From assembly GCA_964658305.1 (NCBI GenBank), contig OZ210884.1, positions 1,302,001-1,366,000 on the forward strand: a stretch of 64,000 bases of DNA, given 5' to 3'. The first letter of the stretch is position 1. Every line of letters begins with the position of its first letter. This DNA comes from Leptogorgia sarmentosa (lineage: Eukaryota). A program made the translations under genes and the position numbers. Below are positions 61,001 through 64,000 of the stretch, one piece after another. The notes below the pieces were generated by a model, which was given only the letters and a program-made list of their open reading frames with translations, was not told the DNA's origin and did no database searches.

Positions 61001-63971
61001 AAAATAGACTTCCTTTTCATTCAGACGCAGGTAGATTTTGGCAATTCTATCGGATACTTTTGTCCTTTATTTAAGATCTCCTAATAATTAATGTTTTTGC
61101 TTAAAAAAAAAATAAACATGAAATATAAACAAGGTTCTTTGTAAATTTTCATTCACAGTTAATTAACGAAATTTTACAACATTTAACGTTGAAAAGGGGT
61201 AAGTAAAATCCTAGTTGTTTATATTAGTTAGTTGTGTTTTTCCTCTCTCAATAGAAAACCTAATAAATTATGGAACAACGAGCCGTAAATTTAATTTTTT
61301 TTGTTTATAAGTATACCCAAACCAGGGCCGTAACTAGAAAGTTAATTATTAAAATAATCAAAGGCCGGTTTAAACCATAAGCTTATTCAGTATCGTTTTG
61401 ATAGCGCTTTGATAATTAGTTGAACATTTCAAGAACTAAAAGCAATTTTATCGCTAATGTCGCGTCAGGTACGCATTCTGTAAATTGCTTACCGAAGAAT
61501 TTCAAGAATCCTGGCCATGTTGGCCAAGTGAGAAGATGGTTGAGCAAAATTTTCTCTTTTGATTCACTGTCTTTATTTAGTTCTGGCGGCCAGGCTTTGT
61601 GCAGCATCCTACTGAGCAATTGTATTCCAGTGGTTGAACTGTTTCCACTTAAATAATTTAACGTTTCTTGTCCGTGGTCATCCTAAAAGGTGAGATTTGT
61701 GAAGCAGTAAAATACAATAACAGCTATTTCAATTAAGGTTGTCCATGACAGTAGTCAAAATTAATATAAAATATACAACATATATGAACGTGAAAGGAAT
61801 AACGGAGTAATCGTAGTAGATACAGTAAATCTGAGTTGTCCGTATCAATATTGTATCTAGACAAATTTTAGAGCAAAAATTTCAAGAATACTCTAGTATT
61901 CCTTTCGTACATTATATATATTGTACATTCTATATTGACCTATTGTCGCGGACAACTTTCTTTTGGGGTTTTTCCTTGACTACCTGTGTAAACATCTTGC
62001 TTCACTCAGGTGACTATCTGTGTTCTCGCATGACATTTGTGACGTTTTATCTTAACATCCCTTTATAAAATAGACTGTTAAAAACACGGGCGTTCAATTG
62101 GTCGAAAGCGCAAAAAAACTGTGTCTCAATAACAACTTTCGTTCCTTTGAATTATAAATACTCTTGAAAGCAGATTTGGTTGCTTTCTTGGTGTTTTCCG
62201 CGTTTTTCGTATGGAAGAGAGGAGAACTCATTTGGAAAATATTCTGCAAAACGAGCCATGTTTATCTAATCCAGTAATCGGTCGCAAACATATGAAGTCA
62301 ACTGCGCATGAGCAGCAAAGTATTATTTGAAGCTGAGCGACTTTTGAACAAAATGCGCATGCTCAATAAACTGCTTGCACCTATTATAATTATGCAGTTG
62401 AAGTGATATTTGAGGCAGTTATTTGCAGGTAATCAACTAATCAAAATTGAGTAAATGATAAACTGAATATTAATATAAAAAATGAATGAATGTAATTAAA
62501 GTCATTAAATTTATCTTTTTTATCATTTTCAAGACTATTTATCTACGGTGCAGATCTTCTATGAAGACATCGGGCTAAAATCATATCTTTGATAGCAAAA
62601 CTTGAAGTAATATATTAAAACAATTGTTTTTACATTGCTAAAAATCATCTATCCAATCACAGTAGCACGCGTGTTAAAAAAAATCCCCACATTCAATTTC
62701 GTATTGCCAAACATGTTAAATCTTAAAGGCTTGTTGTATAACCAGGAATGCAAGGATAGTGCAAAGTTTCCAAAACGATATCGAGCTAAAATCATATTGT
62801 TTTAAAATTAAGGTTGATGTAATAAAACAAAAGGATTAATATTTTATTGCCAAAAGCATATGGCCAGTCACAGTAGCACACGTTTAAAAACTCGAAAGGA
62901 AACCAGCATCACGAGTATTTCACCCTGAACTACATTGTCTTACAAATCTAGGATTCATAGCTATCACTAAACTGAATAATAATGCACTTGTGAGAAAATG
63001 TTGGGATCAGAATTTTCGTCTGATGAGGAGATTGATTATTATTATAATATAATGATGCGCATATAAATTCGTTACAGGAAGTTTAGTGCCGGAACTATGC
63101 GTATGGATGCTTAGTAACCAAGCCGCGAAGTGATCCGAAAAACTTTTCTGCGAGTCGCCAATATTCATGTAAACAATCTAAACAAGCAACAAGCTGTCGA
63201 CTATTTTATATATATCAATATTGAGTCATATCGTCACTTGAGTCGATTAAAATAGATTATAATATAAGTAGGGTAAAATCTGCAACGTAATTGGCTAATG
63301 AGTGTGCATTATAACAGCGTAATGCACGCATCTAGCTGTTAAATTTCTCCCGCGACTCTTTGGTTTGACAAAAAGACAATAAAAATACATATATACTGAA
63401 AATACATCCATAAAAAACGCTTGAATTGTTTGCTTTAGCTCAGCTAAAGGAATAAGAACACGCTTGATTACATGTAAAGAGAATTGTAATTTTGATCTTC
63501 CGAACGAAGTTCTTTGTTGCGCTAATATTCTCTTATATTATAAAAGAAATAGAAAAACTCGCGTCGCGTGCCATTATCCTGTTGTAATTGCACTCGGGCA
63601 AAGTTGTGAGAATACTCGAGAATCGCGTAAAACACTCGGCTACGCCTCGTGTTTTACGCGATTCTCTTGTATTCTCCCGACATTTCCCTCGTGCATTATA
63701 ACAGCATAATGGCACGCGATTCGTTATCTATTTCTTAATTACAGTGCAACAGCACGCGGTTTTCCCGTGCAGGATAGCGTCATCATGCACTTTTTGCGCT
63801 TTCCGGAAATCCCACCACGTCCCGCATGCTATCGAACTCAATAATCATACTTACTTTTACAACAGTTTCCACAGCAGCAAAAGCAACATCACTCAAACAT
63901 GTTCTAATATCAGAATTACATTCGCATTCCTCTGACTGGCAGAATAACTCAATTTGACGCTGTGGGGACAC
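1017..63971 (-). CDS. RNF213: RNF213/mysterin-like giant AAA+ ATPase E3 ubiquitin ligase, partial (57 internal exons, ~3,650 aa; 5' and 3' ends outside the window)
   Basis: Manually traced GT-AG exons join in consistent phase. Family motifs: LKVFVDLAMISAGE, PLPTDEEVIVC, RAGMGKS, CGIRDPSWAEL, IPVIIMGETGCGKT, LFFDEANTT, IPLFVVGKPGSSKS, VVVLDEIGLAEDSP, SNWALDPAKMNRG, FFGLRDFYS, FGSSFPKD, YESLYDALNQYY, FPIPLINRLEKH, FRNRCKSFF, AFIPTMP. Confidence 0.96.
1417..1617 (-). CDS. RNF213: RNF213-like exon w56
   Basis: LKELAKNFLTN...LLQPLANLACNPALM; phase 0-0. Confidence 0.9.
1830..2015 (-). mobile_element. Non-LTR retrotransposon RT C-terminal fragment
   Basis: TKSVQYTAKLLINNQLIPKIDIGEAYQYLG resembles the RT domain 7 (..YLG) region. 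Confidence 0.5.
2424..2477 (-). CDS. RNF213: RNF213-like exon w55
   Basis: VMEKLGEYVTDNQYLPNE; phase 0-0. Confidence 0.78.
2649..2759 (-). CDS. RNF213: RNF213-like exon w54
   Basis: CYILLALFREIT; phase 0-0. Confidence 0.9.
4027..4183. repeat. Palindromic MITE-like repeat
   Basis: GGGGTGCATATTCATATTT..TTCTGCCGAC arm and its reverse complement. Confidence 0.75.
4278..4397 (-). CDS. RNF213: RNF213-like exon w53
   Basis: PDTFIVHHENYHTVREAFGKA; phase 0-0. Confidence 0.9.
4682..5345. repeat. Cluster of Crypton-like hairpin repeats
   Basis: Hairpins at 4685-4830 and 4858-4950 (copies at ~44828-44918, ~50750-50840); 5065-5235 matches 1653-1810 and 58208-58326 in reverse. Confidence 0.65.
5472..5873 (-). 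CDS. RNF213: RNF213-like exon w52
   Basis: DVERL...LKDIAVVRAALD...QLFLLKQLVR...LEWIIP; phase 0-0. Confidence 0.92.
6548..6659 (-). CDS. RNF213: RNF213-like exon w51
   Basis: EVCEHLEEYL...LCVQCME; phase 2-0. Confidence 0.9.
6789..7309. mobile_element. PIF/Harbinger (Tourist-like) MITE
   Basis: TIR GGG(G/C)CTGTTTATATGAGAG..., TTA on both flanks, internal GGGAC repeats. Confidence 0.85.
8216..8458 (-). CDS. RNF213: RNF213-like exon w50
   Basis: LALEAYIGFRNRCKSFFMELVSLYCF...DVTPVIRSYIL; phase 2-2. Confidence 0.92.
8529..8573 (-). CDS. Possible extra 45-nt micro-exon (not counted in the 57)
   Basis: cag/gtggat bounded, phase 2-2, AICDDELFRRLEES; weak pyrimidine tract. Confidence 0.35.
9091..9138 (-). 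CDS. RNF213: RNF213-like micro-exon w49 (post-RING linker)
   Basis: ttctttatgcag acceptor, gtagg donor, 48 nt, phase 2-2, EEVGANFKVMVNQEC. Confidence 0.72.
9139..9410 (-). pseudogene. Degenerate RING-finger pseudo-exon (fossil), interrupted by a repeat fragment at ~9236-9336
   Basis: CSSC (9365-9354), then CSIFFRALCANGWF (9201-9160) with RING spacing C-x-[H]-x2-[C]-x2-C-x3-WF, a frameshift, then CSLC (9152-9141). Contains stops. Confidence 0.6.
10029..10126 (-). CDS. RNF213: RNF213-like exon w48 (immediately before RING position)
   Basis: ALGEDLDF...ETIEKFLKNCSGEMSNRL; phase 0-2. Confidence 0.88.
10528..10636 (-). CDS. RNF213: RNF213-like exon w47
   Basis: TTWIRLDVVRMFIEH...RLWK; phase 2-0. 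Confidence 0.9.
11935..12179 (-). CDS. RNF213: RNF213-like exon w46
   Basis: ILDVVALECCL...WCNRVQSIRPTV; phase 0-2. Confidence 0.9.
12577..12792 (-). CDS. RNF213: RNF213-like exon w45
   Basis: LICDAVL...IPLIHFSY...RLVNFS; phase 0-0. Confidence 0.9.
12924..13096 (-). CDS. RNF213: RNF213-like exon w44
   Basis: FQSSQLG...YLNDFLHM; phase 1-0. Confidence 0.9.
13715..13882. repeat. 21-bp minisatellite
   Basis: ~8 units of TCACAGTGCAATTTTCTGTAA. Confidence 0.9.
14344..14499. mobile_element. Tc1/mariner (pogo/Tigger-like) MITE
   Basis: TA-CAGTAGAAC...GTTCTACTG-TA; internal TAACTCGAA repeats. Confidence 0.85.
14591..15040 (-). CDS. RNF213: RNF213-like exon w43
   Basis: LQETGTFRKALW...DQNQNLDLL...FPFSWII; phase 1-1. 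Confidence 0.93.
15110..15325 (-). mobile_element. CR1/L2-like LINE reverse transcriptase fragment
   Basis: VPQGSNLGPILFLLYVNNLP...MFADDTNL...LNNDL. Confidence 0.9.
16094..16268 (-). CDS. RNF213: RNF213-like exon w42
   Basis: LLKNCVQAAAARI...TKRIEILL; phase 0-1. Confidence 0.9.
17106..17526 (-). CDS. RNF213: RNF213-like exon w41
   Basis: LLLVQCD...HIVFIIQLP...GFQGGKWESVHIDEL; phase 2-0. Confidence 0.93.
17890..18026 (-). CDS. RNF213: RNF213-like exon w40
   Basis: VTTHSRLLS...LQEFHTEQQF; phase 0-2. Confidence 0.92.
18414..19453. mobile_element. Rearranged double TIR element (CA..TG ends, ~85-bp TIRs, tRNA-like internal cassette)
   Basis: Full copy 18414-18931, inverted copy 18932-19380, residual TIR 19381-19453. 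Confidence 0.85.
20482..20685 (-). CDS. RNF213: RNF213-like exon w39
   Basis: LLQTASPDAIARL...YFKNQRHGSL; phase 0-0. Confidence 0.92.
21139..21241 (-). CDS. RNF213: RNF213-like exon w38
   Basis: FKPGDCFVGYHSDT; phase 2-0. Confidence 0.9.
21449..21637 (-). CDS. RNF213: RNF213-like exon w37
   Basis: LIVVAEKDVVYQRFPIPLINRLEKH; phase 2-2. Confidence 0.93.
22215..22300 (-). CDS. RNF213: RNF213-like exon w36
   Basis: YYVYL...YVDLGLGNHRVKCRV; phase 0-2. Confidence 0.93.
22491..23540 (+). mobile_element. DIRS-like retrotransposon relic (gag and pol C-terminus)
   Basis: YAFKKKGNERQF..KV, frameshifted KAKEKLSE..ADKSGFGWAMVQTY..DE*AD; TFRMLALGVDF near 23230-23265. Confidence 0.62.
24070..24575 (+). 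repeat. ~505-bp hairpin-ended repeat (Crypton-like, non-autonomous), copy 1
   Basis: ~190-bp hairpin with GAGGCGTAGCCGAG loop; near-identical to 56481-56988 and 63257-63738. Confidence 0.85.
24600..25322 (+). mobile_element. DIRS-like tyrosine recombinase relic plus terminal repeat
   Basis: AGGTTAAANVRIRNRMFKR / KDGYVKDSFDSLLLVS (24938-25055); 45-bp direct repeat 25278-25322 matches ~23497-23540. Confidence 0.7.
25494..25601 (-). CDS. RNF213: RNF213-like exon w35
   Basis: ICRNINRIKVCMETG...LYESLYDALNQ; phase 0-0. Confidence 0.94.
26265..26397 (-). CDS. RNF213: RNF213-like exon w34
   Basis: ESRYLLVLTENYAAL...IFGSSFPKDQQYTQ; phase 2-0. Confidence 0.94.
26744..26811 (-). CDS. RNF213: RNF213-like exon w33
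   Basis: YPSPECHPVNLIENSL; phase 0-2. Confidence 0.85.
26924..27089 (-). CDS. RNF213: RNF213-like exon w32
   Basis: LVKMV...IRRNFSGL; phase 2-0. Confidence 0.92.
28781..28939 (-). CDS. RNF213: RNF213-like exon w31
   Basis: GICSGD...EFFGLRDFY; phase 2-2. Confidence 0.93.
29172..29524 (-). CDS. RNF213: RNF213-like exon w30 (AAA4 Walker B)
   Basis: SYQCSPLST...VVVLDEIGLAE...SNWALDPAKMNRG; phase 0-2. Confidence 0.95.
30632..30854 (-). CDS. RNF213: RNF213-like exon w29 (AAA4 Walker A)
   Basis: IARNTALSENVFMM...IPLFVVGKPGSSKSLAK; phase 2-0. Confidence 0.95.
31555..31740. repeat. Long hairpin repeat
   Basis: ATAGAAAACATTTTCC..GTGCAAGTTTGGGAGAACT arm and its reverse complement. Confidence 0.75.
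32285..32395. repeat. Hairpin repeat with CTCGGCTTCGCCTCG loop
   Basis: GAAACATTGTGTTTTGTGG / CCACAAAACACAATGTTTC arms. Confidence 0.75.
33294..33410. ncRNA. Degenerate inverted pair of Penelope-type hammerheads
   Basis: Minus arm ATTATTGGCA-CTGATGA-AGATCCGGGCTTACTGAC-GAAA-GC-TC-TGCGATAAT; plus arm CTGATAA..CGAATC-GAAA. Confidence 0.55.
33878..34038 (-). CDS. RNF213: RNF213-like exon w28
   Basis: AIILGIGVCYYARL; phase 0-2. Confidence 0.92.
34257..34460 (-). CDS. RNF213: RNF213-like exon w27
   Basis: NECSFVSLRDVERAMKVIMWFY plus acidic tract; phase 0-0. Confidence 0.92.
34743..34859 (-). CDS. RNF213: RNF213-like exon w26
   Basis: IAKVLSASQKYMREQK; phase 0-0. Confidence 0.88.
35856..36040 (-). 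CDS. RNF213: RNF213-like exon w25
   Basis: IPLRQLVYRVHPLPESMRPLVWDFGQL; phase 1-0 (donor less certain). Confidence 0.88.
36275..36357 (-). CDS. RNF213: RNF213-like exon w24
   Basis: HTKEMIKKLESAGLGYHV; phase 2-1. Confidence 0.92.
37210..37481 (-). mobile_element. Partial third copy of the 18414 TIR element
   Basis: Aligns by eye to 18665-18931. Confidence 0.85.
37503..37738 (-). CDS. RNF213: RNF213-like exon w23 (AAA3 Walker B)
   Basis: VHGGT...TVLFFDEANTT...FIAACNPYR; phase 0-2. Confidence 0.95.
38450..38567 (-). CDS. RNF213: RNF213-like exon w22 (AAA3 Walker A)
   Basis: CGIPVIIMGETGCGKTRLIRF; phase 2-0. Confidence 0.95.
38667..38789 (-). CDS. RNF213: RNF213-like exon w21
   Basis: DPDPTYELTTDNVEKILAIHMRF; phase 2-2. 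Confidence 0.93.
39243..39561. mobile_element. Tc1/mariner-like MITE
   Basis: TA flanks, TIR CC(A/G)TATTT(G/A)CTCGTTTGAGCGCCGC, internal GCGGCGCTCATTCGGGG repeats. Confidence 0.85.
39764..39958 (-). CDS. RNF213: RNF213-like exon w20
   Basis: PHPYIFFNHDRESMTFLGF; phase 2-2. Confidence 0.93.
41631..41743 (-). CDS. RNF213: RNF213-like exon w19
   Basis: DFATRS...LQMRRRWEL; phase 0-2. Confidence 0.92.
42024..42499. mobile_element. Tc1/mariner-like MITE
   Basis: TA-CAGGGTG...CACCCTG-TA; related half-ends at ~15965-16061, 22366-22460 and 26449. Confidence 0.7.
43200..43371 (-). CDS. RNF213: RNF213-like exon w18
   Basis: YCGIRDPSWAELHHFVNFLNVQL...FMIQMSR; phase 2-0. Confidence 0.94.
43581..43746 (-). 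CDS. RNF213: RNF213-like exon w17
   Basis: FQSEEYQRTFQYL...FDQFSF; phase 1-2. Confidence 0.9.
44383..44850 (+). repeat. Dispersed ~450-bp repeat (also ~60155-60610 +, ~36700-37100 -)
   Basis: Shared GATTTTGAGGAAATACTAAAA and TTTAATGCACTTTC(C/T)TCGC blocks. Confidence 0.7.
45692..45803 (-). CDS. RNF213: RNF213-like exon w16
   Basis: FLKFLPRTHCLTPRE; phase 0-1. Confidence 0.88.
45972..46151 (-). CDS. RNF213: RNF213-like exon w15
   Basis: GLDNFLFKLVILGAVKDRSGNVWRR...YVVEIT; phase 0-0. Confidence 0.92.
46277..47530. mobile_element. Non-autonomous hAT transposon
   Basis: TIR CAGGGGC(G/A)CAAAT; perfect 8-bp TSD CGTATTCT (46269-46276, 47531-47538). Confidence 0.85.
47778..48033 (-). CDS. RNF213: RNF213-like exon w14 (AAA2-type Walker A)
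   Basis: VRVIQSSRAGMGKSL...IFHLDMSQS; phase 2-0. Confidence 0.93.
48333..48537 (-). CDS. RNF213: RNF213-like exon w13
   Basis: YHIVVICSIENEDKS...AASVDVG; phase 1-2. Confidence 0.9.
48883..49018 (-). CDS. RNF213: RNF213-like exon w12
   Basis: VELLWRRAV...FCLVNADLLDYDVS; phase 0-1. Confidence 0.92.
49870..49976 (-). CDS. RNF213: RNF213-like exon w11
   Basis: VLSLFMGTGDQPLPTDEEVIVCDENTTAEE; phase 1-0. Confidence 0.92.
51227..51301 (-). CDS. RNF213: RNF213-like exon w10
   Basis: KEYINRKLPSVLKEGEPNLLLVPK; phase 1-1. Confidence 0.88.
51897..52015 (-). CDS. RNF213: RNF213-like exon w9
   Basis: EFERP...YLTLEFLAAILKELSKS; phase 2-1. Confidence 0.88.
53040..53866 (-). CDS. RNF213: RNF213-like exon w8 (largest; contains acidic and UBA-like insert)
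   Basis: VFEGILRV...YPLNHFTMKQILNLR...TTAHD; phase 0-2. Confidence 0.93.
55026..55066 (+). ncRNA. Minimal hammerhead ribozyme in an inverted pair (54983-55066)
   Basis: CTGT-CTGAAGA-T-GACTTTgaaatAAAGTC-GAAA-AT-TT^ACAG; palindromic stem III; degenerate mirror copy upstream. Confidence 0.65.
55242..55574 (-). CDS. RNF213: RNF213-like exon w7
   Basis: WLKQIKDSHGSVS...DVQSKLMLIAGK; phase 0-0. Confidence 0.93.
55889..56106 (-). CDS. RNF213: RNF213-like exon w6
   Basis: EQGLKVFVDLAMISAGEDDMEIDRI; phase 1-0. Confidence 0.93.
56481..56988 (-). repeat. Hairpin-ended repeat, copy 2
   Basis: Reverse complement of 24070-24575. Confidence 0.85.
57294..57456 (-). CDS. RNF213: RNF213-like exon w5
   Basis: IITGNFQ...DLVTWLKESIK; phase 0-1. 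Confidence 0.9.
58485..59044 (-). CDS. RNF213: RNF213-like exon w4
   Basis: DEELRVY...AAQAILDLRDELGLEGDFSRIEQ; phase 1-0. Confidence 0.92.
60677..60994 (-). CDS. RNF213: RNF213-like exon w3
   Basis: GDSNSKEE...SVVNGTVTVATL...CTTFTS; phase 1-1. Confidence 0.88.
61493..61682 (-). CDS. RNF213: RNF213-like exon w2
   Basis: DDHGQE...LLNHLLTWPTWPGFLKFF; phase 0-1. Confidence 0.85.
63257..63738 (-). repeat. Hairpin-ended repeat, copy 3
   Basis: As copy 2 with a short internal deletion. Confidence 0.85.
63855..63971 (-). CDS. RNF213: RNF213-like exon w1
   Basis: AG/GT bounded, phase 0-0, VSPQRQIELFC...ETVVK. Confidence 0.8.
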
Positions 63972-64000
63972 CTAAAATTGAATTGAATATAAAATTGCAT

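Noticed and set aside
1..64000. Prokaryotic operon or defence system
   Set aside because: Spliceosomal exon-intron structure throughout; remaining short ORFs are antisense shadows of exons or repeat noise.

Overview
AT-rich eukaryotic (animal, probably cnidarian/octocoral-like; inferred from repeat types) genomic DNA. It is occupied end to end by the interior of one giant minus-strand gene, an RNF213/mysterin-family AAA+ ATPase / E3 ligase. I traced 57 GT-AG exons (63971 down to 1017) that join in phase into about 10,969 nt (~3,650 aa), covering the stalk, the dynein-like AAA+ ring with intact Walker A/B motifs, and the E3 module up to the residues just before the RZ finger. The gene's start and end lie outside the window. 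At the position of the RING finger the spliced product appears RING-less, and a decayed RING-like fossil sits in the intron at ~9139-9410. An apparent UBA-like insertion lies in the large exon at 53040-53866. The introns are packed with mobile-element debris: Penelope-type termini carrying hammerhead ribozymes (several as inverted pairs), a DIRS-like gag/pol/tyrosine-recombinase relic, LINE RT fragments, Harbinger, Tc1/mariner and hAT MITEs with target-site duplications, a rearranged double TIR element carrying a tRNA-like cassette, and many Crypton-like hairpin repeats. All calls are by eye, without database searches.
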